Below, in pieces: positions 39,920 to 53,398 of a stretch of 64,000 bases of DNA (the stretch's first letter is position 1; each line of letters begins with the position of its first letter). The DNA is from Candidatus Poseidoniaceae archaeon (lineage in GTDB: Archaea > Thermoplasmatota > Poseidoniia > Poseidoniales > Poseidoniaceae). A program made the translations under genes and the position numbers. Location of the stretch: the NCBI GenBank assembly GCA_049616955.1, contig JBMZIJ010000002.1, positions 25,972 to 89,971 on the forward strand. The letters run 5' to 3'. The notes beneath the pieces are model-generated. The model worked only from the letters and a program-made list of their open reading frames with translations. It made no database searches and was not told the DNA's origin.

Positions 39920-40467
39920 TCACCTTCTTGTCCAAGCCACTCGAGAGAACCGAGTCCTGGTTGTTTGCATGTCAAACCAATCTTTGAGCGACGAGGGTCA
40001 CTCGTGTCAGGAGACAAGGAAACAATTCGGGCTCGCACCGCAGTACCGATTCCAAGTCGCTTGTCGTCATTTCGGCCAGAGATGGTTCCCGCACCAACAT
40101 TGACTTCAACTTGGTCATCCAAAATTTGGGATTTGTGAAGGAGGGCTTCCATCGGACCGATGCGTACGAAAGCTCCGAATTCGTTGACTTCAGAGATTGC
40201 ACCTTCAACGACTTCGTAGTCGTCCATGCAGAAGAGGAGGGCATCAAAACGAACCCTCTGGTAGATTGCACCGTCTCCGTGAATGATTCGCCCACGTCCG
40301 AGTGGTGTGTGGTTGCTTGTCACCAAAATGAATCGGTTTTGCTCATCGAATCGGCCTTCGAATGCTGTCATAGCCAATCGATCAATGTGCTGATCGAGCG
40401 ATTGTCCTTTTTTCATGTACTCTGCGGGGATACGAATGGTATCCTCCCTTGTGACGATTTTGTACAT
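39916..40467 (-). CDS. rpoE: DNA-directed RNA polymerase subunit E' (Rpb7 homologue, S1 domain)
   Basis: MYKIVTREDTIRIPAEY…S1-like GDGAIYQRV. The track ORF is extended 23 codons upstream. Confidence 0.8.
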   Translation of the reverse strand: MYKIVTREDTIRIPAEYMKKGQSLDQHIDRLAMTAFEGRFDEQNRFILVTSNHTPLGRGRIIHGDGAIYQRVRFDALLFCMDDYEVVEGAISEVNEFGAFVRIGPMEALLHKSQILDDQVEVNVGAGTISGRNDDKRLGIGTAVRARIVSLSPDTSDPRRSKIGLTCKQPGLGSLEWLGQEGE

Positions 40468-40732
40468 CTTTTTCCTCTCCCGGGCTTCTCTAACCGAGTG
40501 ATGAAGGGGAAGAGGCTGAACCTTTCCGTCCTTCACCGGCTTTCGCCTCGGGAGAGAAGTTGACCGAAGTCATTTCGCCCACTGTCGACCCCTATATGAA
40601 GCCCACGCATCCATTCAAGCAACTGCGAATAAGAAAAATCAATTCTGAGCGCCATCGAAGAGGTTGAAATACAGGCCTACATGATGCTTCAAGAGCAAAA
40701 CAATAACAACCCCTCACGGCCGAATATATACA

Positions 40733-43700
40733 ATGAGTAGCGCAAGCCATTCCAATGCAGGGCAACGCCTCCCTGCGATTGGCATCATAATGTTGATGCT
40801 GATGGTTTCGATTACTCAAATCCAGTTTACGAATTTGTCCTCGATTGAAACGTTAGCTCAATCATCAACTCAACCATGGGATGACCTCGAACAACCATGG
40901 GGTCAATACGGAGGAAGTGCTACGCGAAATGGTTCAATGCCTGTGCATGATTCTCAGTCCGGCGTCATGCTCAGCATTGATGATCCGGTCATCAATTGGG
41001 TTGCACTCGACGATGATATCGGTGCTGATGCATATGGTTCCATTATTGGAAATTTCTCAGGAAGCCTCACGGTCAGCCCCGGAGCTATTGAACGATGTAC
41101 TCCATTAGGTCTGTTTGCCGTCGTTTTGCATGATAGCACATCAACAACATCCACAAAATTATCACTGTTTTCAGGTGATGATGCGGATCTTGCTTGGCAA
41201 GTCGACCTTGGAGATACGAGAGCTGCACGTTCTACCCCGGTTCTTGTCGATGTCGACCTCGACGGGCGAATTGAAATTGTTGTAACCTACGATACCGACT
41301 CTGCACTTCATGTTGATGTATGGTCACCCGAAATTTCCTGTGACGAGTCCGGTTGGCAAAGTAGCGGCCACTCAAACGAGTTAATGTGGTCATGGACAAG
41401 TACTGACTACAGAATTGGCATCACAAGCCCGCATTTTCAAACACGGCAAAGCAATCATCTTTCAGTAACCCAGCCACTCCTTGCGGATTTGGAACTTGAT
41501 GGACAGCCCGAACTTGTACTAACAGTGGTGGATACGACAACGGATGACCCACACATCCTCAGCCTCCCTCTCGGTGCAAATACGCCAACTGAGAATTGGG
41601 ATGTTACACTCGACCGTGGAACACATCCGAGTGATCCTGCGTGGGCTCAACTGGATGATCAGAACTCAGTCGTCGTCGCCACAACCATCGATGAGAACTC
41701 AGGGAACATGTGGATTTGGAGAATTGATGGGAGTACCGGCTCAAACGATTGGGGACGTGTGGCGCTCGCAGGGACTGATACAGATTCGGATGCTCCAAGG
41801 CTTCGCCTACCAAGCCCGGTTGTCGTTCAACTCGATACAGATGCAGCCCCCGAAATGATTCTCACAGTGCCAACAGATGCAAATGGTAGGACGATTGGAT
41901 TAGGAGCACGCTTCATCGGTATGGAACTTACGTCAACCGAAGAAATCTTCTCGTTCCGTGCCCGTAATGGTTACGCAGATGCCCCTCCACTCCCGATCGA
42001 CCTTGATCAGGATGGCATTCATGATCGTCTCTGTTGGGCAACTTGGTATTCGGCATCCTCCGTTACATTCGACCGCGAAGGAATGGTTGGATGTCATGAT
42101 TTGACCGATGACCCACCTTCTGAAGAATGGAACAAAATCATGAATCGAGGTGGTTCTGGTAACGATAACGACGAAATTGCTGTATCACCGCCTGCTTGGA
42201 TGGATATTGATGGTGAAGGTGATCCTGAAATCATCGTAGCATTCGGCCGCCGTATTTTTGCTTTTGAAGGCGATACAGGATTTGAAAATGAAGTATCAGA
42301 CGGTTGGGATGAACCCCTTTCAATGCCACACCGCGTGTGGTCTGCACCTGCTTTCGCTGATCTCGATGGCGATGGATATCTCGACATGCTTTATGGTGAC
42401 ACTTTGGTTTCACAACGATTGCTCGACCTTGCTCCATTACCTGATGGAAATGGCATTTCGTTCAACCCAGTGGCACCAGATCCGGGTCAAACACTCACGG
42501 TTACCGGACAATTTGCCAATGTTGGAACGTGGGAAAATGAAGACAGCATCGATTGTGCTTTGTACATGGATGGTCAAGAATTGACTCGTGTACGCTTCGA
42601 TGATTTGGATCCTCTTTCACCCTCTGGAGAAGGTGGCCCTGCAACCTTCAGCGTGGACGTTACAGCCACCCTTGGAACCCACGTGTTCGAATTAATTCTC
42701 GATGTCAATCAAAACCTCACAGAGGCACGCGAGGACAACAATGTCGCGCAAGTCTCGCTGACGGTGGTTGAGCCATATGCAGTCCTCATTCAAGGTCCAG
42801 AGACTGTGACGAGAGTCGATCCAGGTACGTCTGAAATCGTCGATGTAAGCATAACTGCAACGGGTTCACGAACTGCAGATTGGAACATTACCTACGACAC
42901 ATCCAACCTACCCCCAGATTGGAATGTTGTACCTCAAGCAGGAACGAATTTGCAAGAGGTCGAACTCGTCCCAGCATCGCCTGTTTCAGTTCCTTTCGTT
43001 GCCACGTTACCAACCGATGCACTTGGTGATGAAGATGGATACATCGAAGTAACCGCAACATTGGTTTCGGATCCTAGTGTCCAAACGTCCATGTGGATTC
43101 CTATTGAAGCGCTTCGAACTCGTGGCTTATCTCTGGTTGGACCAAGCGGCCTTGCTTCTTCTGATGGTTATGGTATTCCCGGATACGCCGCAGAAGCCTA
43201 TGTTTTGATTGAAAATTTGGGGAACGCTGTTGAAACCACAACATCAATTGATTGGACGAGCCCATCATGGGGAGGAACCCCTGTTCTTTACGATGGTTCA
43301 AACAACGTTTACTCAATTACACTCCAACCAGGAGAAAAGAAGGAAATGAAAATCCTTCTCGATGTTCCTAGTTCAACCAACTTAGGTGCCACGACAAGCA
43401 CGACTCTGACGACGTGCATAGGAAGCGGAGAGGATACGCTATGTCGTTCGCTTGATGCAAATTTTACGGCGGTAGGTTCGCATACATCTCCAACACACAT
43501 TCGTACGGTTCCAGACCTTACGCATCAATTTGAATTCCGAATGATGTTGCCTCAATCAGGAACATTGAGTTGGGATCTCAACCAAGCAAATATCGCTCTT
43601 CCTAACTGGCAATGGAACATTACGAGTGGAGGAACCCTCCAGAATGGTGTTCTTACTGCAACTGGTTCTGCCAATTCGTATCACATCGTCGATCTCGAGG

Positions 43701-46369
43701 TCTACATTCCACCTAATGCCCAGCCTCAACGACTTACTTTTTCCACTGAAGAACAAAGCTCAGTCGCAAATCAAGCATTCGATTTGAGCATTCACGTACT
43801 CCAAATTCATCGTGCTGCTCTCAATGTTATTGACCCTGTACCTTCGAGCGAAGCAACAGGATTCAATGTCAGTACAACACATCAAATTCTCATACAACTC
43901 GAGAACCCTGGAAACGGTGACGACACGTACCAATTTGAGGCAAGAGTTGTACCAACGGAAACAATATCTGAACAGGATGTCGAATTTACGTATTACAACC
44001 CTGTGAGAACGTTAGGTCCATTGGCGACAACCATCATGCCATTGGATATCGAATTGAGTGAAACACTGCCTGCTGCTCAACCATTCTACCTTGAATTTGA
44101 ATGGGAATCGATGGTGAACAAATCGGTAAAGGCAACAACAACCTTGTTGATCGAAGCAGAACAACGTCATGAGTGGGACATCGTCGTTGTAGGCGGTCAA
44201 CAACAAAGCGTTCAACCAAGCAGTGACCATCTACTTGAATTCAACATTACAAATACAGGAAATTTCCTTGACAATGTTCAACTCATACCGACGCTATCGG
44301 TCATAACAGATTCCAACGATTCCGCAGTTTGGCAACCCCATGAAACGATTACTTCAACGATGCTCGAAGTCAATTCCTCGACGATGTTGAGTGTCTCACA
44401 ACCCATCCCTTATGCTTGGAAAGATGCGAATGCAAGATTATCGTACCAAGTTGTCGCTTCGGGATATGTTCTCGACCAATTTGACATTGATCTAACGGTG
44501 TTGGAATATTCCGAATGGGAGCTTAATCTTGCCAACAGTCATCTCGAAATACTGCCGGGTGGAGATTTCATTCAAGTCGAACTTGAGCAAAGAGGAAACA
44601 CCCCCTCGATTCCATTCCTGACGAAATTTGGCATGGGCTGGAACATTTCATTGCCTGATGGCGAACTGATGGAACCTGGTCAAACCTCGGAATTAAGCAT
44701 CTATGTCGAAGCACCAATTGATGCTCGTGAAGGTGATGTCAACATTTTACAAATCCGTGTGTCCGACGCTGTTGGCCAGGGCATGGAAGTGTTCGACGTC
44801 CCAGTGCGTGTTGTTGGTTCGTCAAGTTATGAACTGCAAACTGTACCGGAATGGTTTGTTTCTTCCGTTGGCGGATACCCGCTGGCTTGGGTTGAAAATA
44901 CAGGGAATGATTTACCAGAGATTCAACTCCAAGTTCTCAATTTGCCACAAGGCTGGTCTACAGAAATGACCACAACATTCCAACTCGTTCCTGGAGAAAT
45001 TCGGGGAGTACCGATCAAACTCATACCACCGGCTGACTGGAACCAGGAAAGTTTCGATCTCACCATCGAACTGACCCATACTTCACTTGGAACGAATCAA
45101 ATCGAATTTACAATTCACTCATCGAACATATCGTTCGCATCAAGTCCAGTATTATGGGCACGTAGTGGCACACAACTCTCCGTTGACGTTTTCAATGGTG
45201 GCCAAAATCCAATCGACGGCGATATTGAATCCGTGTCGGGTTCAAGTTACACCTTCGATCTTCCTGAGGGCACAGAACACCTCAATCTTTCGAGTGGTAA
45301 TGACAGAATTCAACTTGTACTTCTTGGAAGAGATTCCCCGCAACTTGAAGCAGATTGCTCCTTTATCAATGAAGCATTGACGAGTCTTGGCAGAATATCT
45401 CTCAATGGGGATTTTGTGAGTTGTGAAGTTACTGGAGACCCATCTTCAAACACAAGAATCTCCTTTGTTGTTTCAACAAGTAGAGGTGATTCAATTCCAC
45501 TTGGATCAACGAATTTTATTGTTCTTGAAAACGAGTCAACCTTCACCAACTTAAGTTTGAATGATTGGGATCCGTCTCCTGGAACGTTTACAATTTTCAT
45601 TACTGCATACGATGAATACGGAAATGTGCTCGAAACCTTGAGCAAAGAAGTAACAGCCAAGGAGTCGGGATGGAATGTAGGCATCAGTAGTATTTCGGCG
45701 AAGGGAAGCATTAATGTCGCTGTTTCCCGAACAAATTACGTCGTTTTAGAGGATGCTGTTTGTGTTCTCACTGTATCAAGCCGGACAAGCAATTTCGAAT
45801 CAAAGATTCTCGTTGACTTTGCGGGAAGTCAATTCTCTCCAAATGTCCGAATCGATTCGACAGGCCTCAATGACAAGGAACAATTGGATGCGGTTATCGC
45901 CTGTAACAGTCCTTTCGACGTTGATGATGATCCAAGTGACGATAGTGCTTCAGTGATTTTCGAGATGAAGGACGAATCTGTTCTTCAATCTTCAAGTCTG
46001 CTTTGGGGTGCTTTAGTCACCGTCATTGTCGTAGGGATATACCTCTTTGTCATCCAGCGCCAGGATAGTGCTTTGGTTCGTGCAGCGAGTCGAGAGCAAA
46101 ACACAATCAAACCGAAGGAAACAATACCGCCTTCAACAGAGTTGGATACAGTCAGTTCTGATACGGAAGAGGCAGGTGGTGATGACATCACTACATTTGT
46201 CGAACCAGAGCCTGAACAAGCACCCCCCTCAATGGTCGAAGAAGTTCCTGCCGTCGATGATTTAACACCATCAGGTCGCTTGGATTCAATTCGCAAAGAA
46301 ATGAATCCAGATGAAGATAAGGAACCGGAATCAACCATTGAAGATCGTATGTCGAAATTTTTCCAATGA
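40733..46369 (+). CDS. Giant cell-surface protein (1878 aa): N-terminal signal, FG-GAP/VCBS-like propeller repeats, CARDB-like domain, multiple Ig-like domains, C-terminal TM and acidic cytoplasmic tail
   Basis: FG-GAP-like repeats (VLVDVDLDGRIEIVVT, LLADLELDGQPELVLT, PAFADLDGDGYLDML). CARDB-like segment ending EAREDNNVAQVSLTVVEP. C-terminal LLWGALVTVIVVGIYLFVI followed by D/E-rich tail. Confidence 0.75.
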   Translation: MSSASHSNAGQRLPAIGIIMLMLMVSITQIQFTNLSSIETLAQSSTQPWDDLEQPWGQYGGSATRNGSMPVHDSQSGVMLSIDDPVINWVALDDDIGADAYGSIIGNFSGSLTVSPGAIERCTPLGLFAVVLHDSTSTTSTKLSLFSGDDADLAWQVDLGDTRAARSTPVLVDVDLDGRIEIVVTYDTDSALHVDVWSPEISCDESGWQSSGHSNELMWSWTSTDYRIGITSPHFQTRQSNHLSVTQPLLADLELDGQPELVLTVVDTTTDDPHILSLPLGANTPTENWDVTLDRGTHPSDPAWAQLDDQNSVVVATTIDENSGNMWIWRIDGSTGSNDWGRVALAGTDTDSDAPRLRLPSPVVVQLDTDAAPEMILTVPTDANGRTIGLGARFIGMELTSTEEIFSFRARNGYADAPPLPIDLDQDGIHDRLCWATWYSASSVTFDREGMVGCHDLTDDPPSEEWNKIMNRGGSGNDNDEIAVSPPAWMDIDGEGDPEIIVAFGRRIFAFEGDTGFENEVSDGWDEPLSMPHRVWSAPAFADLDGDGYLDMLYGDTLVSQRLLDLAPLPDGNGISFNPVAPDPGQTLTVTGQFANVGTWENEDSIDCALYMDGQELTRVRFDDLDPLSPSGEGGPATFSVDVTATLGTHVFELILDVNQNLTEAREDNNVAQVSLTVVEPYAVLIQGPETVTRVDPGTSEIVDVSITATGSRTADWNITYDTSNLPPDWNVVPQAGTNLQEVELVPASPVSVPFVATLPTDALGDEDGYIEVTATLVSDPSVQTSMWIPIEALRTRGLSLVGPSGLASSDGYGIPGYAAEAYVLIENLGNAVETTTSIDWTSPSWGGTPVLYDGSNNVYSITLQPGEKKEMKILLDVPSSTNLGATTSTTLTTCIGSGEDTLCRSLDANFTAVGSHTSPTHIRTVPDLTHQFEFRMMLPQSGTLSWDLNQANIALPNWQWNITSGGTLQNGVLTATGSANSYHIVDLEVYIPPNAQPQRLTFSTEEQSSVANQAFDLSIHVLQIHRAALNVIDPVPSSEATGFNVSTTHQILIQLENPGNGDDTYQFEARVVPTETISEQDVEFTYYNPVRTLGPLATTIMPLDIELSETLPAAQPFYLEFEWESMVNKSVKATTTLLIEAEQRHEWDIVVVGGQQQSVQPSSDHLLEFNITNTGNFLDNVQLIPTLSVITDSNDSAVWQPHETITSTMLEVNSSTMLSVSQPIPYAWKDANARLSYQVVASGYVLDQFDIDLTVLEYSEWELNLANSHLEILPGGDFIQVELEQRGNTPSIPFLTKFGMGWNISLPDGELMEPGQTSELSIYVEAPIDAREGDVNILQIRVSDAVGQGMEVFDVPVRVVGSSSYELQTVPEWFVSSVGGYPLAWVENTGNDLPEIQLQVLNLPQGWSTEMTTTFQLVPGEIRGVPIKLIPPADWNQESFDLTIELTHTSLGTNQIEFTIHSSNISFASSPVLWARSGTQLSVDVFNGGQNPIDGDIESVSGSSYTFDLPEGTEHLNLSSGNDRIQLVLLGRDSPQLEADCSFINEALTSLGRISLNGDFVSCEVTGDPSSNTRISFVVSTSRGDSIPLGSTNFIVLENESTFTNLSLNDWDPSPGTFTIFITAYDEYGNVLETLSKEVTAKESGWNVGISSISAKGSINVAVSRTNYVVLEDAVCVLTVSSRTSNFESKILVDFAGSQFSPNVRIDSTGLNDKEQLDAVIACNSPFDVDDDPSDDSASVIFEMKDESVLQSSSLLWGALVTVIVVGIYLFVIQRQDSALVRAASREQNTIKPKETIPPSTELDTVSSDTEEAGGDDITTFVEPEPEQAPPSMVEEVPAVDDLTPSGRLDSIRKEMNPDEDKEPESTIEDRMSKFFQ

Positions 46370-46407
46370 ACATCACATACATCAATAGAGGTGAATGTTT
46401 GGGATGA

Positions 46408-47079
46408 ATGATGAAGCCAAGTCAGCAGAGTACGACCGCTTTTTACACGCTCGATGGATGCCATTCTGGCCTTGTATCAGTGGTCTTTGATGCGCTGGTT
46501 TCAATACAAAAAGGCTCAAACGAACAATGGGAGATTGTTTGTGAGCATCCACGAATACAAGAGAGGTTTCGAACCCAAGGCATTGATGAGTTTGAACCAA
46601 GATCCATGATTTCATGGGATGACCCTACACTCTTGTTCACACTGACAAGGATGTTGGACGGAGATAACCTTCCAATCATGCTTGGAGAGGATAAGAACAG
46701 GGAGCGATTTGGTCGATTCCCACATTCAACTGGTTCAACCATTCAATATGTTCGAGAAAATGTCAGAACTGTTGGCTCACAAACCAATGAACTCTATGAC
46801 GACCTTGTGACACATCTCGATTATCTCCTGACTCGTTGCAATTCAGACAATGTTGGAGATGGGCGTTACATGGATGGTAAGGCTGGCTTGAACATCATGG
46901 GTTTCCTTACATGCGACGAAGTTAAAACACTACGTTCAAGCTTGTTAGGAGGAGGATGGACTGTGGCTAAAGACGAACCTATTGATGGTGGAGTACGTGA
47001 TGCTATGCGTCACCTGAACGCTCTCCTCTTGGCCGCAGAACGCCACAATGCAGGACTCATTCATCGAATGCACGCTTGA
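46408..47079 (+). CDS. Hypothetical soluble protein (223 aa), co-oriented 38 nt downstream of the giant surface protein
   Basis: ORF with no recognisable motif. Possible operon partner. Confidence 0.4.
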   Translation: MMKPSQQSTTAFYTLDGCHSGLVSVVFDALVSIQKGSNEQWEIVCEHPRIQERFRTQGIDEFEPRSMISWDDPTLLFTLTRMLDGDNLPIMLGEDKNRERFGRFPHSTGSTIQYVRENVRTVGSQTNELYDDLVTHLDYLLTRCNSDNVGDGRYMDGKAGLNIMGFLTCDEVKTLRSSLLGGGWTVAKDEPIDGGVRDAMRHLNALLLAAERHNAGLIHRMHA

Positions 47080-47080
47080 A

Positions 47081-47992
47081 TCAGAACGTTTCCGATGTAA
47101 GTCGCTCATACATCGAAGCATAAAGAGCGGCTGTTTCGTCAATAACGGATTGTGGAAGGGCAGGGATTGGCGGGTCTGTCGTTCCAGCATCACGTGCAGC
47201 TTTCAATTCTGCCTGATGACCCGTATTGATGTAATGCGTTCGAACAAATTCCTTAGAGAGTTCAATGCACTCTCCGTTTGCGTATGCTTCAGCATCCCAC
47301 CAACGATCTTCGTCAAGTGTACCAAATGTATCAACAAGAACGACTTTTCGTCCTGGTCCAAGAGCGAATTCCTTCTTACCATCGACGTGAATAAGACCAT
47401 TCTTGGCTGCCTCTCGTTCAATGATTTCATCTATTTTCAGGACTGCAGTAACAATTGCATCGTACTCCTCATCAGTAATGTTTGAGATTTCAAGTGCTTC
47501 TGCACGATCGATGTTACGATCGTAGGCTTCGAATTTCGTCGTAACCTCAACGAATGGTTTGTCCAGTTTTGCACCGTATTCGCAATCTGCTGATACACCG
47601 AGTTGTTCAGGGGTCAATTCCCCCCTTTGGAATCGTCTCCATGCAGATCCTGAAAGGTAATGTCGGCAAATGAATTCAAGTGGAACGAAGACCCATTCCA
47701 TGTCTCGGGGAATTGCACCTGGTTCTTTGATGACTTCGACCTTTCGAACGAGGCATCGGTCGGCTGAGTTAACTTCAACGAGGTGTGTTCCACAAACACC
47801 TTCTTCTTCAACCAACTTGAACCAATGTGCTGTGGTTCTGTTCAATGATTCACCTTTCCGAGGAATCAAGGAAGGAATGATTTGATCGAAGACTGAAATT
47901 TGATTGGTAAATCGAAATTCCAAAACATCCGGGTCATCTGTAGACCAAACTTGCTTAACCTTACCTTGATAGAGCATTTCACCCATGAACAA
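47081..47992 (-). CDS. purC: Phosphoribosylaminoimidazole-succinocarboxamide synthase
   Basis: YQGKVKQVWSTDDPDVLEFRFTNQISVFDQIIPSLIPRKGESL. Confidence 0.85.
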   Translation of the reverse strand: MFMGEMLYQGKVKQVWSTDDPDVLEFRFTNQISVFDQIIPSLIPRKGESLNRTTAHWFKLVEEEGVCGTHLVEVNSADRCLVRKVEVIKEPGAIPRDMEWVFVPLEFICRHYLSGSAWRRFQRGELTPEQLGVSADCEYGAKLDKPFVEVTTKFEAYDRNIDRAEALEISNITDEEYDAIVTAVLKIDEIIEREAAKNGLIHVDGKKEFALGPGRKVVLVDTFGTLDEDRWWDAEAYANGECIELSKEFVRTHYINTGHQAELKAARDAGTTDPPIPALPQSVIDETAALYASMYERLTSETF

Positions 47993-48032
47993 GTTTCATG
48001 AAGAGAGGCTCTTGAACATTGGCGTTCGACTT

Positions 48033-48695
48033 TCAGATGATGCCGAGTGCATCTTCAATTCGATTTAATTCTGGACCAGTGGTTTCACTACCTGCAACTG
48101 CACCGTCATTGGAAGCACAGATACCAGCACCTACATACGGAGAACCAAATGAAACTGTTCCTACCATTGGAGGAACTCCGAGAACCTCTTCAATGAGCAG
48201 CACCTCATCGCCGGCAACATCTGGATGAAGTAAAACACCCTGATCGTTTACCACGCCAAGACTACCAACGACATCTTGCCCACCAATCGTTGTAGCGATA
48301 ATATCAACTCCAAGAACATCGGCGAGAATCTCCAAACCATCTTGAGGAATACTCGGTGAAGCGACACAGCCTTGTTCGTTTGCTAAAAGGAGATTTCCGG
48401 CAGTATTCACGCCTCCTTCCATGACGACAACATCGCCATAAGCAGTAAGTTGGTCAATATCCTTCTCTGTGGCGATATCAGCAACAGCGATACCATTTGA
48501 ATTTCCTGCAAGCAAGGCTCCAATGAGATTTGAACCACCGATTGAAATGGGGGCCATCTCGAGTTGCAACGTTGTTTCAAGTTGCTCAAGAACTAGTTCA
48601 GGAAGTTCTCGGGGATGGAAGAGGACTTTGCCAACAGATGAGAGATGAATTCCGATTTGGTCGGAACCGAGAATATCCAATGTATCAATCGGCAT
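48033..48695 (-). CDS. eif6: Translation initiation factor 6 (aIF6)
   Basis: MPIDTLDILGSDQIGIHL… fivefold pseudo-repeat. Start re-set to the ATG at 48695; the track extension reads through the 5S rRNA. Confidence 0.85.
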   Translation of the reverse strand: MPIDTLDILGSDQIGIHLSSVGKVLFHPRELPELVLEQLETTLQLEMAPISIGGSNLIGALLAGNSNGIAVADIATEKDIDQLTAYGDVVVMEGGVNTAGNLLLANEQGCVASPSIPQDGLEILADVLGVDIIATTIGGQDVVGSLGVVNDQGVLLHPDVAGDEVLLIEEVLGVPPMVGTVSFGSPYVGAGICASNDGAVAGSETTGPELNRIEDALGII

Positions 48696-48787
48696 GACCT
48701 TCACCTCGTTACGATGTATCCATACGTAGTTTAGAAATCTTAGGTGTAAGGAAGAAAAAGATCGGGGAAAACCAAGAGGAAAGAAGA

Positions 48788-48909
48788 GGGGCACAGTGAC
48801 TGCCGTTCCCGTGGACTCTCGTACCACAGTATTGGGACAGACGCAGAAGGGCTTGACTTCCGGGTTCGGGATGGGACCGGGTAAACACCTTCGCTGTGAC
48901 CGTGCACCC
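48788..48909 (-). rRNA. rrf: 5S rRNA
   Basis: Minus-strand GGGTGCACGGTCACAGCGAAGG…CCCGAACCCGGAAGTCAAGCCC…GTACGAGAGTCC…GTGCCCC. Helix I ends pair. Confidence 0.9.
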
Positions 48910-49007
48910 ATCTTCTTTCGAATTGGAATGACACGACATGGCGTCGCATCGTGAATTGGCATGCTTATTAGACGAAGGGCACTCGAGGTGCGGATACATA
49001 ATGAAAA

Positions 49008-51862
<2,855 letters not shown>

Positions 51863-52074
51863 TATGTATTCCACACCATGCGAGTAACCCTTCGGTATCT
51901 AAACATGCCAATTCGGCTTCCACAGAAAACCACCTCCCCGAGGGATGGTTCTCCTCAGCCCTTCCCCCGACAGCAGTTGCCGAGGTGCTAAGCAACCTTC
52001 CGACCTACCTCACGTATATGAAGAAATCGGATGCCAACTTGCCTTTAAATCAGTCCATTGGGCGCAAATTATGG
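51863..52074 (-). other. 23S pre-rRNA 5' leader with processing-stem complementarity to the 23S-5S spacer (48910-49007)
   Basis: Leader GAATTGGCATG…GGAATACATA is complementary to trailer TATGTATCC…CATGCCAATTC, consistent with an archaeal bulge-helix-bulge processing helix. Confidence 0.5.
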
Positions 52075-53343
52075 TCAAAGAGAAGGCAGTTTGAGCAGAT
52101 TCTGAGAAACCAGTGGTTCTCCTTGAATCGAGGCTAACATGCTTTTGGCTTCTCCATACTGTCCGAGTTGGGCTAATATGGCAGCATGAAGATTCACGAA
52201 ATGTGGTTGAGATTTATCATCCTCTGAGACCATTTCCATGAGTCCGAGTGCTTTCTCTTCTCGTCCGCTCAGAAGTAGTGCTTGGGTCAGATTGTACAAC
52301 GGCTCAGATCCATCGGGTTGCGCACGCACGGCTTCCCTCAAGGACAGAATCGCAGCCTCAAATTGTGTCGCAGCATTGGAAACGTCTACAGGGTCTGTTG
52401 ATTCTTGCATTGTAGTTGCAACTTGGAGCAGTGAGATACCATAATTGTTCATTGCACCAACATCCTGTGGAACGCTTGAAAGAACACGTTGGAAGGAACG
52501 TGCTGCACCACGCCAATCACCTCGTCCGATCGACATGAATCCTCCTTCAACAAGAGACTTGAGTTCCTCATTGCTTGAGGCTTGAACGGTCATGGCTCGT
52601 GCTGGGTGAAGATCAAAGGGTGAGAACGCTTTCTCAGCATATTCAACGACTTCGGGTTGTTCAAAGGAGTCAACAGCGCCATGGTCAACATGCACCACCG
52701 TATCCTCAAGGTCTGAAAAGACAACCTCGATAACGTCATCTTCTTCTGCAAAGAATTCGTATTGTATCGTTTCATCAACTGGAATGTCTGGATTGTTTTC
52801 TTCGACTGGAGTCGCTTCAACAAGTGGAATGGCTGTTATTCGAATCGGCGCAACCTCGTTCTGAGCTGGTTCAACATTGACAGAGTTCAACTCTGGCAAA
52901 CTTGGAATCGGTACAGTTTCTTCAACATCCTCGATCTCTGGAGTCTCTACTGAAATGTCTTGATGCTCTTGAATCTCAACCATCGCTTCAATGGTTTTCT
53001 TCGGAGATACCGTCTCAGTTTCATTCGATGGTTCCACATCGAATGGGATTCCATCTCGATGACTACCAATACCGAATGGGAGTCGAGAGACATTTGTCAT
53101 CGATTCGCCACCAAAGCCAAATGGGAGGGAAGACGTAGGTTCGGGCTCCTTCTCCTCGACTGGACGCTCTATGCCTTCCAAATCATACCAAGCATCAGCT
53201 GCCTCATCCAAACCTGGGACTTCTGTAGGAAGAACCATTTCAGCATCTTGAAAATCTTCAGAGCGTTTCTGAATTTGGGAACCACACGCTGGACAGGAGC
53301 CACCTGCGAGATACAGAATGCCGCAGACTCCGCACTCGTTCAT
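52075..53343 (-). CDS. Zn-ribbon plus TPR-repeat protein
   Basis: N-terminal CGVCG…CPACG, acidic linker, C-terminal TPR-like helices (…AARSFQRVLS…NNYGISLLQV…). Confidence 0.5.
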   Translation of the reverse strand: MNECGVCGILYLAGGSCPACGSQIQKRSEDFQDAEMVLPTEVPGLDEAADAWYDLEGIERPVEEKEPEPTSSLPFGFGGESMTNVSRLPFGIGSHRDGIPFDVEPSNETETVSPKKTIEAMVEIQEHQDISVETPEIEDVEETVPIPSLPELNSVNVEPAQNEVAPIRITAIPLVEATPVEENNPDIPVDETIQYEFFAEEDDVIEVVFSDLEDTVVHVDHGAVDSFEQPEVVEYAEKAFSPFDLHPARAMTVQASSNEELKSLVEGGFMSIGRGDWRGAARSFQRVLSSVPQDVGAMNNYGISLLQVATTMQESTDPVDVSNAATQFEAAILSLREAVRAQPDGSEPLYNLTQALLLSGREEKALGLMEMVSEDDKSQPHFVNLHAAILAQLGQYGEAKSMLASIQGEPLVSQNLLKLPSL

Positions 53344-53398
53344 GGTGACCCCATTGCCCCTTCGGGTTCAGGTTCTTCAATCCAACGCCTAGGCGTGT

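Noticed and set aside
51990-52060. Initially read the AT-rich palindromic segment (…TTCTTCATATACGTG…) as the 23S 5' end
   Set aside because: The conserved 5' domain (GCCGATGAAGGTCGTG…GCTGCGATAAGC) actually lies at about 51785-51840, so this segment is pre-rRNA leader, not mature 23S.
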